This document shows, in pieces, positions 9,062-19,656 of a stretch of DNA of 60,331 bases (its first letter is position 1; every line of letters starts with the position of its first letter). Location: IMG/VR virus record IMGVR_UViG_3300025120_000050, positions 1 to 60,331 of that record; one strand, 5' to 3'. The position numbers and the translations under genes were made by a program. The notes under the pieces were generated by a model. That model did not search any database, had not been told where the DNA came from, and worked only from the letters and a program-made list of their open reading frames with translations. The DNA comes from a virus. Taxonomy: Duplodnaviria > Caudoviricetes.

Positions 9062-10453
9062 CTAAGGCATTCCAAAGGGGTTTGTTTCAGTGAAGTCAAT
9101 AACATTATCTGCTTTTGTTTCAATAATATCATTACTTGCAAAAGGATCAACTACATCATTAGTGTTAGTAAGTCTTATACTATAAGTTGCACCTGATTCA
9201 TTACCTATAATCTGTTCCCCAATACCAAATGCTCCATCAACAATTGATATTTCTAGAGTGTTATTAACAGAATCCCATTCCTTAACTCTTGCAGTAGTTC
9301 CTGAATTTTGACCAGTGATTATTTCATTGAATACAAAATTTCCAGTTGCTGTCACTCCTGGTGGCGTGTCAAATGTAATTGTAGGTGCAGATGTATAACC
9401 TAATCCTGGATTGGTAATAAACACTGATGTGATGATTCCAGCAGAATTCACATGTCCAACACCTGTTGCAGTTGTTCCAGATGTTGGTGCTGTAAATGCA
9501 ATATTTGGATTTGAAGTATATCCAGATCCAGCATTTGAAAGAGTAATTGTTTGAACAATACCAAGATTAGATGAAATGCCAGTGGTTGCTGCTGCTCCTG
9601 ATCCACCTCCACCACTTATTGAAATAGCAGGAGCTACGGTATATCCACATCCTGTATTAGTAAGAAGAATTGCAGATATTTTACCTCCAAAATTTCCATC
9701 ACAATTAATAAAATCATTTGTAACAGAAGCAATACCAACAGCAGTAACCTCCCCACTTGGTGCTGAAGAGAATCCAATTGTTGGTTGATGAGTATATCCA
9801 TTACCCATGTTTGTTATGGTTATACTACTAACACCACCAGTTGTACAGATTCCAACAGAACCTGCTGCAGTGATTGCTGATCCAATTAGTGTTAAAGTTT
9901 GTATATAACCAATTTGAGATATTTCATCATCAATAGTTTCTACCCCAGTGTCTATAACTTCATCTTCATATCTAAACAGTTCACATCTTAGTGTGTACAC
10001 ATAATTTTTCTTAAGTTGATAAAATGGCAATTCATGTTCAACATATTTAATTTCAAATAATCTATCACCTAGTGGGAAATAAATTATATCACCTTCTTTT
10101 GGTCTTGCTGATAACTCAATATTAGATAAATTTTTTGTAAGAGGAGTAATATAATTTTCAAATCTCTCTCTTGATATAATAAGAGTTAAATCATCTTGTT
10201 CTTGTATTCCAAATTTAGAAAGAACAGTTCCTTGACCACCATATCCTTCATAATTATCAACATACGCTTCAATTGGATAAGCATCATCAAATTTAGATTC
10301 AATTACTTCTTTTATTACAGTTGTTTTTGTTATGTATTTACGTGGAATGTAGAAAATCTCAACGCCATACATTTTTAGTTGTTCATTAACAAGGCTTTGA
10401 ACTAGACCCTGTTCACTTTTAGAACCATTTAGGAAATATGAATTTAAAACCAT
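9062..10453 (-). CDS. gp14: Neck protein (gp14-like) with inserted repeat region
   Basis: EQGLVQSLVNEQLKMYG..RPKEGDIIYFP..LFEIKYVEHE..FYQL; C-terminal DFTETNPFG; internal GxGYT-P repeats. Confidence 0.93.
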   Translation of the reverse strand: MVLNSYFLNGSKSEQGLVQSLVNEQLKMYGVEIFYIPRKYITKTTVIKEVIESKFDDAYPIEAYVDNYEGYGGQGTVLSKFGIQEQDDLTLIISRERFENYITPLTKNLSNIELSARPKEGDIIYFPLGDRLFEIKYVEHELPFYQLKKNYVYTLRCELFRYEDEVIDTGVETIDDEISQIGYIQTLTLIGSAITAAGSVGICTTGGVSSITITNMGNGYTHQPTIGFSSAPSGEVTAVGIASVTNDFINCDGNFGGKISAILLTNTGCGYTVAPAISISGGGGSGAAATTGISSNLGIVQTITLSNAGSGYTSNPNIAFTAPTSGTTATGVGHVNSAGIITSVFITNPGLGYTSAPTITFDTPPGVTATGNFVFNEIITGQNSGTTARVKEWDSVNNTLEISIVDGAFGIGEQIIGNESGATYSIRLTNTNDVVDPFASNDIIETKADNVIDFTETNPFGMP

Positions 10454-10455
10454 GA

Positions 10456-11319
10456 TTAACCTATTAAATCTAAAGGTGGAATTTCATATGTGCTCAACAT
10501 TTGTGTTCTTATTTCATCAACTTCTCTCTGACCATCATCATAAAGTTGTCTTCCATTAAATTCAATTCCACCTGGCAATTTTACACCTGAGAATTTAATT
10601 AAATTTTGACCCCACTGTCTTTTCATTATGGCTGTGAAATATCTTTTTAAAAATGTGTCATTGTAAACTCTGGAATAATCATTTGGATCAAGAGTTCTCC
10701 AACAATCAAGAACTATATAATCACCAACATTTATTTGATTGTAATCAATATCAAGATAAAGTCTATCTTGTCTTTGATTGAATCTTACTTGCTTATGTGT
10801 ATTTAAAAGAAAATTCAGTGTCTCCAAATAATTCATAGCCATTGAATATGAAAGTATATTAGTACTTCCTAAGTAATACATATCATTTAAAAATAATTGA
10901 TATTTAAAACTAAACATATTACTGACACTTATAGACTGAGCATCATCATATTGAAATATTTTATTTATTCCTATTACAGAAGGAGGGACTGGTATATAGT
11001 TTGAATTTTCATACCAAGTAGCAGTAGTAGTTCCACTACTTGGATATGATGTGGTTGCTGTAGTGGATGCTATGTCTTTATTATTATCTCCATCTGCTGC
11101 TTGAGGTCTTGCCTTACCTCTATCAATATCATCTTGAGTTACTTTATATTTTAAAAAAGTCTGAATAACACCGTCATAATGTCTTTCATGAAAAGTTTGA
11201 ATGGCATCATCCAATAGATCATCAATTTGCTCATCAGCAATATTAATTTCAACGACAGGAGCTCCTAACTGCCTTAAAGCATAGTCCACCAATCCTTGTC
11301 TAGTATCTGGTTGTGCCAT
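10456..11319 (-). CDS. gp13: Neck protein (gp13-like)
   Basis: LRQLGAPVVEINI..QWGQNLIKFSGVKLPGGIEFNG..PPLDLIG. Confidence 0.95.
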   Translation of the reverse strand: MAQPDTRQGLVDYALRQLGAPVVEINIADEQIDDLLDDAIQTFHERHYDGVIQTFLKYKVTQDDIDRGKARPQAADGDNNKDIASTTATTSYPSSGTTTATWYENSNYIPVPPSVIGINKIFQYDDAQSISVSNMFSFKYQLFLNDMYYLGSTNILSYSMAMNYLETLNFLLNTHKQVRFNQRQDRLYLDIDYNQINVGDYIVLDCWRTLDPNDYSRVYNDTFLKRYFTAIMKRQWGQNLIKFSGVKLPGGIEFNGRQLYDDGQREVDEIRTQMLSTYEIPPLDLIG

Positions 11320-11338
11320 TTATACGTATACTTTTTAG

Positions 11339-11345
11339 TATTTAG
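11339..11345 (-). promoter_or_regulatory. Late promoter-like motif (CTAAATA)
   Basis: Intergenic, 20 nt upstream of the gp13 ATG. Confidence 0.5.
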
Positions 11346-11346
11346 A

Positions 11347-11733
11347 TTAGAGTATACCTCCTTCAACAATTATATTACCTGAAAGCATTTTAAAATATGT
11401 AGATGCTGAACTAACTGCTGTAACTTCATAAAAATATCTTCCTGGTTTTAAATTTTGTGATATTGAAGATGAAATACCAACATTAAATTGACCATCTGCA
11501 GCACTTGTGATACCAATTGTTAACTGTGTGGTAGTATTTGGACCAAATGATGCTCCAATTGAAATAGATTTACTAATTCTACCAAACATAGTATATCCAC
11601 TAAAATCAAAAGATGCACTACTTAAATTATTTGCTTGAAATGTTGATTTAAAAGTAGATCCTCTATTGATAACTAGATTAGCACCATACGCCACACCAGC
11701 ATCTGGATTAAATTTAAATGTGTTATTGGCCAT
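11347..11733 (-). CDS. Small virion structural protein (Ig-like)
   Basis: NLVINRGSTF..LKPGRYFYEV..G-I-V pattern; position in the structural operon. Confidence 0.65.
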   Translation of the reverse strand: MANNTFKFNPDAGVAYGANLVINRGSTFKSTFQANNLSSASFDFSGYTMFGRISKSISIGASFGPNTTTQLTIGITSAADGQFNVGISSSISQNLKPGRYFYEVTAVSSASTYFKMLSGNIIVEGGIL

Positions 11734-11947
11734 TTGCTAATTTTTTAAGAAGGTTTTTAATATCATCTAGATCATTTTTCATGTCTTGAAAACTTTGTTC
11801 AAGATCTTCCACTCTTTCATTATTTTTAATCATTTTTTTTCTATTCTCAATATATCTATCAAAATCAGAGACATTATCATTTAAGATTGCATTACTATTT
11901 GTGTCTCTGTACAGTCCATCACGATTTTTTACTTTTAAATAAGACAT
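11723..11947 (-). CDS. Hypothetical short coiled-coil protein
   Basis: LYRDTNSNAILN followed by a heptad helix; coupled to neighbours by overlaps. Confidence 0.75.
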   Translation of the reverse strand: MSYLKVKNRDGLYRDTNSNAILNDNVSDFDRYIENRKKMIKNNERVEDLEQSFQDMKNDLDDIKNLLKKLANGQ

Positions 11948-14900
11948 TATGCTAAGGCAATTGCTCTAAGAGATCTGATTTGAGGAACAAATGCTTGATT
12001 TGTACTTGTTCCAATAATTTTAATTCTAAAAGAATTAAATGATGGTTGATTATCAATTGTAAATGTGTATTCTCTAAAGTTAGCACTGGAAGGATCGGGA
12101 GTATAAGCGTCAATTTTATTAACTTTTATACTTGATTTTCCATTATTATTAGCAGGATTTATAACAGCTCCACCCCTTGTAGAATCTATATTTTCAAAAC
12201 CAGGGAAGGGTACAAATACTGTTTGATCAAGAGATACTTGTTGATTTAGAGCATAGAAAACTCTAATATCACTTTCAGTATTAACATAAGCATTAAGTAA
12301 AACTCTCAAAGCTGTTGATGAATTACTCAAAGCAATATTTTTGGTTATATAAGTAAAGTTAGTTGGATCATTTTCATAAGATGAAACTCTTAAATCAGTG
12401 GCATAATTTGTGACTACAGAATTGACTCTATTTGAAATCAATTGTATTGATGATTGATCCAAATCAATCATAGGACTTAATTTTGGATTAGTTGTGGACA
12501 AATCTAATTTCATTGTAAGAGATTTGTTTCCTGGTAATGAATTTAAGAAAGTATTTTCATTTACTTTTGCAGAAACCATTCTCAAACTATTAAAGTAATT
12601 TTGTCTGTTAATAGTTATATTTTCAAATCCTTGATCAACAAATGGTGATTCATTACCACTTATGCTAGTTTCGCTAACTGTTCTTAGTGAAGCATCTATA
12701 TTTGTTTGAGTTGGAGTGATAACATTTATCACTGGTTTTACTATTGAGAATGGAACATTATAAGTAGCTTTACATTGTTCACCACCCACTTCTTTGGTTT
12801 CATTAAATTTGAGAGCAGAGAAACTTCCAGAACCAGTTCTATTAGTTCCATCAGTAGCCATTCCAACCTTAACATGATAAGAATCAAGAGTTATAGGATT
12901 AGATACTGTAACTTCATTTAAATTATGCTGTTTATTTATTCTTCTAAGTGATACTCCTCCCAATTCATACTTACTTACAGCAGCACTTGCACTGTGAGAT
13001 GTAGTAACAGTATTATCAACTCCTCTACCAACACCTGTAAGGGTAGTAACAGTTGTTCCAGTATAAGATATAATTTCATCACCAATCTTAACATATCCTG
13101 GATTGGTAGCACCAACAGCAATATTTTCAAATGATGTAAATATACCAACTGATGCAATTGTTATGGCATCAGAACCACTAGATGTATTTGAATACGCATT
13201 AATAAGAGATACTGGATCTAGATCACTTATAATATTTTTCAATTGAACAATATTTGAATTACTATGCATTCCATGATTCAAATGAGATACTTTAATGTGT
13301 TGTCCATCAGAAACATTTATAATTGAACCTGTTGGTACAACAGCTCCTCCAAGAGCAGCATTAATTGAAGTTGTTCCAACTCCTGGTTTTTGATAAAGAA
13401 GATCTCTACCTTCTATTGTACTAAAATCACCCTGAACACCAACAAGAGTTAATTCATTAACACCTGCTGTATCTGATACAGTAAGTCTTAATCCAGATCC
13501 AAGAGGATTTGCACCAATCTGTGTGGGAGTTAATACATCTCCAACAAAGTATCCTTTACCACCACTGTTTATAGTTGCAGCAATAGCAACTCCATTTTCA
13601 ATAGTAATGTTAGCAGAGGCATTGATACCTGTTCCAGTAACAGAAGTTAAAGATACATTATCATACTGCTGTCCTCCAACTGCTGGAGTAAATCCAAATC
13701 CAGGATTAGTGATGGTAAGAGGTGTTTGGGAGATTGAAGAACCAGATGAAACTAATTTTCCAGAAACAACTGTATCTTTTTGAGTAACTGTTGTTCCAGG
13801 AGTAAAATCAATATCTGCTACTGTAGTTCCTAATCCCACTCTCACCTCATTTCTGATAATTGTAATGGGATTATTTTTCATTACTTCCTGTGAAAATGGA
13901 AGATCTGGATTATAGAAATTAACAGTTCCATTACTTTGGAAATTTGCCCTATTTAATCTAAATTTCAAATCTTCAAACTGACTTGGAGTCCAAGTGGAAC
14001 CTGTTTGTGACTTGAAGAGAGATCCTAATGTTGGTTGAGTTGAAACAAGAGTTTGAGAACCTTCAGCAAAACCAATACTACTAATATCTATTTCACCAAG
14101 TCTTGAAATCCAAACTCTATAATTTGGTACATTAGAAAGAAGAACAACTGCATATTCTCTTCCAGAATTTAAGTAAACTGGATAATCAAATGTTACTCTT
14201 GTTGCTTCTGAACCATCATCAGATGTTCTAATTAAAGGAAGAGCGGGAGCTCCAGGATCAAGAACAACTAATGATCCAGCAATTCTCTTTGGAACAGGTA
14301 ATCCAAGTTCAGTTTCTCTTAATTCAACTTCAACTACATTTTCAAAATCAACAGACTGGAAGAAAATATCAATACTAGTGATGAATATTCCTTCTTCATC
14401 GTCAACAGTAAAGGTTTGAGCAAGGGGATCTCTATATACTCCAGTTTCAACTGTTGTTGAATCTATCACGTCTTGATCATCTATATTTTCATCTGAAGTA
14501 GTACCAACAACTTCTCTTCTAGTTTCTTCTCTATCATTTACAACAACTTCTGCATTTCTTAATGATAATGTAACCTCTTGATTTTGATCACTATCACCTT
14601 GAGAATAAAATGTTTCTTCTGCTGCAGTTGTTAATGAACCAGGTACTTTTGAATTATTAGAACTACTTGTAAGTCTAAATCTATTTCTTCCATTATCAAA
14701 AGATGGTGTTGATAAATTTGATGCATTAGGAACTTCAAAACAACCAACTAAACCTCCAACTCTATCAGTAATAAATCTCTTATTAGTAACATTTGCCTGA
14801 GCACCACTAGTTTGACCTACAATTCTCATTCCATCTGTAACATGACCAAATGATGCAGGAGCATTTTCATCAGATAAATCTTTAGTATCAATGTTTAATA

Positions 14901-17900
14901 TTGTTGAAGCAGCAGAGTACTGACTTGGAACAATATTATTTCTATCATATGGATTGTTTGTAAAAGTATCTGTTGGTTGTAATCTATTACCTGCTCTATG
15001 ATTTGAATTACACAATACAGCATTTAAAATAGGTGTAGTTCTTTGATTGGCAGTAGAAATAGTGGATTGTGAGAGATCTCTTCCTACAATACGTTCACCT
15101 GATTGGAAAGTTCCAGAAACCATTTCAATTTCAATCAACTTAGGTGTGCAATATGCTGTTGTTGCAACGTTATCAAAGAAAGAATATACTCTTGTGAAAG
15201 GTCTCATAGCTCTAGCAAAAAATTCAATATTTCTTTGCCTCATAGAGTGAATAATATCACGACTAACAATTCTATTACCAAAGGATTCAGTGTCTACTCT
15301 TTCAGATACATCAAATTGTATCCCTTCTCTTCTTTCATTATTAAAAGTTGTTGTAGTAGTTTGTGTTGTTTCCGTATTAACAATCTCATTAGTTTGTTGT
15401 TGCATTCGGAAACTACCTCTTATAGTACCTGCAGCAATCCCAAGTCTTTCAAAATTTTCCCCTGCAAAATCTGCTCTAAGTGTTGCTTCTTGTTGAAAGT
15501 TTCCTGCTGCTGAAAGTTGATTTACATCATCAATAGTTCCTTGTCTTAGACTAGTGTTTGTTCGTCTTCTTGTACCTCTAGTAGTATTACTTTCTGATTC
15601 ACTAGTTTGTCCAGTGAATTCCCAAGCTTCCCAAATAATATCACTTTGTCCTCTTCTACTACCAGATTCACCTTCAAGATCAACTTGTAATGCAGCAGCA
15701 ACTCCTTCAAGAGAACCCATCATATCAACTGCTCTAACTTCTAACTGAGTAGTATCAATCCAAACATCTGCAGTTGGATCAAGAGTGATATTTCCATCAT
15801 AGAAGGTGACTAAGAAAGGAGTTACACTCTCAGTTCTTGTGGCAAATTGTTGATTCAACCACTCTTGTTCTGTATAATCAAGTGAAAGTACAGTTGAAGT
15901 ATCCCCATCATTTTTAATATTTCTCTTTATATTTGTGCCAACAATATTGGCATATCTAGGATCACCAGTATTTGTTTGGGAACTAATTCCAGATATTGCA
16001 TCAGTGCCAATTTGAAGGTTAATTGCAGTGCAATAATGAGATGGTCTTAAAACTCCTTTTCTTTGATCAATTGCATTTTTTATTCTTACACCATAATCTT
16101 GTCCAGTAATGTCTGTAAATCCATCAACAAAAATACCATTTTTAAATCTATCAAGACCATTTGAATCAGCAACAAATTGATCTAAAGCCAAAGTTTCAAG
16201 AGCATTAAGAGAAGTATAATATTCTAAACTTCTTACTCTATTTTCAATTCTATTGATATCAGACATCTGATATCTCTTATATTGTAATGAACTAATTTTT
16301 ACATCTTTAGTTGTGAAAAGGTATGCTGGTAATTCAGCATTAGCAATTAAAATTCCATTTTGTGATGAATTAGGAGTTTCTGGGTTGTCTGAAGGTGTTC
16401 CTTTAATTACACTAAAAACTCCTTCTTGATTTAAGTAAATTGAATCAATTCTAGGGAGATAATATGAATAATCAATTGTAATTGATTCGTCACTAGCAAT
16501 TACATCTTTAGATGAATGTTGATTACCTGTAAAACTTCTTCCTAAGAATTCTAAAGGAGATCTGGATCCTTCAGAAACAGAAAAATTGCTTACTCTTGGT
16601 CTTGCATCAATCAAATCTGTATTTCTAACTCCAGATGTTATGGGTATTTCATTTGCATAATTAAATTCTGAATATGAATTTACTGTAGTAATGTCACCAG
16701 TATCTGAACTATTATATGATGCAGACATATAATATGCTTTTATCTTTCCATTAGGGACAGAAGCATCTGCTTTTCTTACAATTCTAGAATAATCATAAAT
16801 TGAATTTCTCCCACCACCAATTAGATTAAAATTATCAATAATATTTTTATCACCAATTGTAACATCAGCAGAGATTGCTCTCACGCCAGAATCACTAAAA
16901 GAAATGATTTCATTCTCTGCAAATCTTTTATTATTCCCATATACAAATTCAATACTATTAGCATCAATTTTTCCAATAACAATTGCTGCTGCTCCAGTAT
17001 TAGTACCTATTACAAATTCACCTATAGAAATATCTTCAGTGCTGTTAGTTGGACCATCCATAGACCCAGTGGTCATAGTAGGAGGTACTGGATCTGAATC
17101 GCTAGTTGATTCAAATAATCCATAAAGTGTTACAACATCAGGAACATTAAGTGAAATTATTTTATCCTGAATTCTTGTACCAAATGGATAATTACCATAA
17201 AGCAGTCCATCATTTAAAGTAGTTGAAATTCCTGAACTATTTGTACCTGAAGCTTGTAAATTTGATTTATCAATTAAAGTAAATGTACCTTCATTTTTTA
17301 CTTTTTGCTTATTTGTTAAACCTGTTTTTCTTAATGTTGCTACAATAGTTGTATCTGTATCTGCTCCAGAAAGACCAACAAAACGAGCATTTTGATTTCC
17401 ACTAGATAAAACAAGTTTTCCAGAATTTAATGGTTCAATTGTTCCATTTGATTTTGTTACTGAATATCTTTCATCATCATAATTTAAAAATACTTCTTTA
17501 TTTCCTGCTGTAATTACAGATGTATCTCCATTACTATCAATTGTAACACTGAATGATCTTCTAATATCCAAAACAGCATTTTCTAAATCTACAGACTCAT
17601 TTTTTAGTTTTGGAAGCACACTGTATAAAGTGTCATTATTACCAAAACTATTTCCAGAATCTATCTGATCTTGAAGATTTGTTTTTAAAATTGAAAAATC
17701 ATTAACAGTTAATGGTTCAACATTTAATTGACCAGTACAAATACCAGGAACTGATGCTACTGTTTGAATTATAATATTGTTAGTATTAATAGTTGATACT
17801 TCAGCAAAAGCAATATCTAATTGACCTGGTATGCTAAAACTTACAAGATCACCTACAGTTGTAATTCCAGGGAAAGTTAAACCAGAAGCAGTTACAGTTG

Positions 17901-19650
17901 AAACACCTCCAGAATTTTCTGTAATTGATGCTATACCAATAATTCTTGCTGTTGATGGAATAATGTCTGCTGTGAAAGTATTAGCAGTTCCTGTAATACC
18001 AAAAACTGATTTAAAATCAGAAATCCCATACGATGTGAAAGCAACAGCAGTTCTACCATTACTATCATCACCATCAAAGACAATTCGTTCTCCAATATGA
18101 AAATCTCCTTGTATATTATAAACAGTTGCTGCTGTCCCAACTTCAACTGGATATCTAATAAATCCAGTTGCACCACTAGATTTTCCTTCAATAAAAGTTG
18201 GTACAGTTAGAGTTGCATTTTGATTCAAAGTCATGTCAAGATATGGTTGTATGTCGTATACAGCCAAATCCCACTGATTTTCATTAAGATTATTTAAATT
18301 ATATGATCCAGATTCAAGAGAGAAATCATAGACTCTTGCCAAACCAATTTCTCTTCCTGGAGCAGCTAGAGAATTAATACCTACTCTTTTATCTCTAAAA
18401 CTTATTGTATAATCAGTATTGAATCCAACTCTTGGAGATCCACTTATTCTATTAAGAGTAAAGGTTGGACCAAAACCAAAATTAATTGATTGATTTTCAA
18501 GAGTCCTTGTTGTTCTTGGTTTTTCAAAATCTAAAAAAGTGGGGGTAGTTCTATCTACTTCAAAACCTCTTACATAGGCTTTTCCTGGTGAAATTTTATA
18601 TACACCTAACGATTCACGAGGATTATTCCCATCATCAGTTATTTGATTGACATTATAAATTCCTCTTTCATTTATTCCAAATAAACTCTCTTTTGCTATA
18701 GTAACAAATTCTTTTACATAATAGTGACCAGATTCATCAAAAGTTCTTCTCGCTAATTCTGCTCTAACGGAATTATTACGAGCAGACTGATTATTAATTG
18801 TTCTTAATTTACCATTTGTAACTACTGCTGTTTGAATAAAATTCTGGTCATCAAAATCATCTAAGTTTTTCTTAGATAAAGTTGCAGAAATTTTAAGTCT
18901 ATCTGCCCCAGGAGCTGTATAATTTGTAAATCCTTGAGCATTATCATTTAAACTATTATCTGATGAAGAAGAAACTAATTCCTCCTTTACAAAAAAACCA
19001 ATTCTATATGATGGAGTATTTGAATATTGATCAAGAATTAATAATTGATCATAGACGTCTACAAAAGTTCCTCTTAGAAAATATACTCCTTGACTGACTG
19101 CATATGATGAACCAGTTTGATTTGAATTAGTTGACAAACACTGAGCAAAACCTTCACCTGATGAAATAAATGTGTTTGAAAATTGAATATTTTCATCAGT
19201 ATTTAATACTTCTCCATCTTGAAAAGTAGCTTCATCAAAATTATTACCACTGTTTAAATAATTTACGTAAAGAGTATAATTTCCATTTTCTGATTGTGAA
19301 TCATCAATATATGTTACAATATTTGCAGTTACACCAGAAATTCTTCCAGTAATTTTTTTACCAACAAGTTGATCTAAGTAGAGACTTACAGGAATACCAG
19401 CATAAGATGAATTAATTTGAATTGCCTGAAAATTTTGGTAATAACTAGTGTTACCAGGAATTACTTTGGCACCTTCATTAAAAAAGTGATTACCTACGTT
19501 TTCAATTTGATCTTGAAAAATAGACTGAACATTGTTCAGTTCTCTAGCTTGAATTGGGTAACCAGGTTTAAATAATACCTTGTAATAGTTACTTATTGGG
19601 TCAAAATCGTCAAAGTAGGGAGCAACATTGAGATTAGTTTCCTGTGGCAT
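11947..19650 (-). CDS. Large virion structural protein (VrlC/DUF4815-like)
   Basis: MPQETNLNVAPYFDDF..VLFKPGYPIQAREL, APGADRLKI, RRTFDESGHY, RFKNGIFVD, DPLAQTF; follows gp8. Confidence 0.9.
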   Translation of the reverse strand: MPQETNLNVAPYFDDFDPISNYYKVLFKPGYPIQARELNNVQSIFQDQIENVGNHFFNEGAKVIPGNTSYYQNFQAIQINSSYAGIPVSLYLDQLVGKKITGRISGVTANIVTYIDDSQSENGNYTLYVNYLNSGNNFDEATFQDGEVLNTDENIQFSNTFISSGEGFAQCLSTNSNQTGSSYAVSQGVYFLRGTFVDVYDQLLILDQYSNTPSYRIGFFVKEELVSSSSDNSLNDNAQGFTNYTAPGADRLKISATLSKKNLDDFDDQNFIQTAVVTNGKLRTINNQSARNNSVRAELARRTFDESGHYYVKEFVTIAKESLFGINERGIYNVNQITDDGNNPRESLGVYKISPGKAYVRGFEVDRTTPTFLDFEKPRTTRTLENQSINFGFGPTFTLNRISGSPRVGFNTDYTISFRDKRVGINSLAAPGREIGLARVYDFSLESGSYNLNNLNENQWDLAVYDIQPYLDMTLNQNATLTVPTFIEGKSSGATGFIRYPVEVGTAATVYNIQGDFHIGERIVFDGDDSNGRTAVAFTSYGISDFKSVFGITGTANTFTADIIPSTARIIGIASITENSGGVSTVTASGLTFPGITTVGDLVSFSIPGQLDIAFAEVSTINTNNIIIQTVASVPGICTGQLNVEPLTVNDFSILKTNLQDQIDSGNSFGNNDTLYSVLPKLKNESVDLENAVLDIRRSFSVTIDSNGDTSVITAGNKEVFLNYDDERYSVTKSNGTIEPLNSGKLVLSSGNQNARFVGLSGADTDTTIVATLRKTGLTNKQKVKNEGTFTLIDKSNLQASGTNSSGISTTLNDGLLYGNYPFGTRIQDKIISLNVPDVVTLYGLFESTSDSDPVPPTMTTGSMDGPTNSTEDISIGEFVIGTNTGAAAIVIGKIDANSIEFVYGNNKRFAENEIISFSDSGVRAISADVTIGDKNIIDNFNLIGGGRNSIYDYSRIVRKADASVPNGKIKAYYMSASYNSSDTGDITTVNSYSEFNYANEIPITSGVRNTDLIDARPRVSNFSVSEGSRSPLEFLGRSFTGNQHSSKDVIASDESITIDYSYYLPRIDSIYLNQEGVFSVIKGTPSDNPETPNSSQNGILIANAELPAYLFTTKDVKISSLQYKRYQMSDINRIENRVRSLEYYTSLNALETLALDQFVADSNGLDRFKNGIFVDGFTDITGQDYGVRIKNAIDQRKGVLRPSHYCTAINLQIGTDAISGISSQTNTGDPRYANIVGTNIKRNIKNDGDTSTVLSLDYTEQEWLNQQFATRTESVTPFLVTFYDGNITLDPTADVWIDTTQLEVRAVDMMGSLEGVAAALQVDLEGESGSRRGQSDIIWEAWEFTGQTSESESNTTRGTRRRTNTSLRQGTIDDVNQLSAAGNFQQEATLRADFAGENFERLGIAAGTIRGSFRMQQQTNEIVNTETTQTTTTTFNNERREGIQFDVSERVDTESFGNRIVSRDIIHSMRQRNIEFFARAMRPFTRVYSFFDNVATTAYCTPKLIEIEMVSGTFQSGERIVGRDLSQSTISTANQRTTPILNAVLCNSNHRAGNRLQPTDTFTNNPYDRNNIVPSQYSAASTILNIDTKDLSDENAPASFGHVTDGMRIVGQTSGAQANVTNKRFITDRVGGLVGCFEVPNASNLSTPSFDNGRNRFRLTSSSNNSKVPGSLTTAAEETFYSQGDSDQNQEVTLSLRNAEVVVNDREETRREVVGTTSDENIDDQDVIDSTTVETGVYRDPLAQTFTVDDEEGIFITSIDIFFQSVDFENVVEVELRETELGLPVPKRIAGSLVVLDPGAPALPLIRTSDDGSEATRVTFDYPVYLNSGREYAVVLLSNVPNYRVWISRLGEIDISSIGFAEGSQTLVSTQPTLGSLFKSQTGSTWTPSQFEDLKFRLNRANFQSNGTVNFYNPDLPFSQEVMKNNPITIIRNEVRVGLGTTVADIDFTPGTTVTQKDTVVSGKLVSSGSSISQTPLTITNPGFGFTPAVGGQQYDNVSLTSVTGTGINASANITIENGVAIAATINSGGKGYFVGDVLTPTQIGANPLGSGLRLTVSDTAGVNELTLVGVQGDFSTIEGRDLLYQKPGVGTTSINAALGGAVVPTGSIINVSDGQHIKVSHLNHGMHSNSNIVQLKNIISDLDPVSLINAYSNTSSGSDAITIASVGIFTSFENIAVGATNPGYVKIGDEIISYTGTTVTTLTGVGRGVDNTVTTSHSASAAVSKYELGGVSLRRINKQHNLNEVTVSNPITLDSYHVKVGMATDGTNRTGSGSFSALKFNETKEVGGEQCKATYNVPFSIVKPVINVITPTQTNIDASLRTVSETSISGNESPFVDQGFENITINRQNYFNSLRMVSAKVNENTFLNSLPGNKSLTMKLDLSTTNPKLSPMIDLDQSSIQLISNRVNSVVTNYATDLRVSSYENDPTNFTYITKNIALSNSSTALRVLLNAYVNTESDIRVFYALNQQVSLDQTVFVPFPGFENIDSTRGGAVINPANNNGKSSIKVNKIDAYTPDPSSANFREYTFTIDNQPSFNSFRIKIIGTSTNQAFVPQIRSLRAIALA

Positions 19651-19656
19651 GATTTT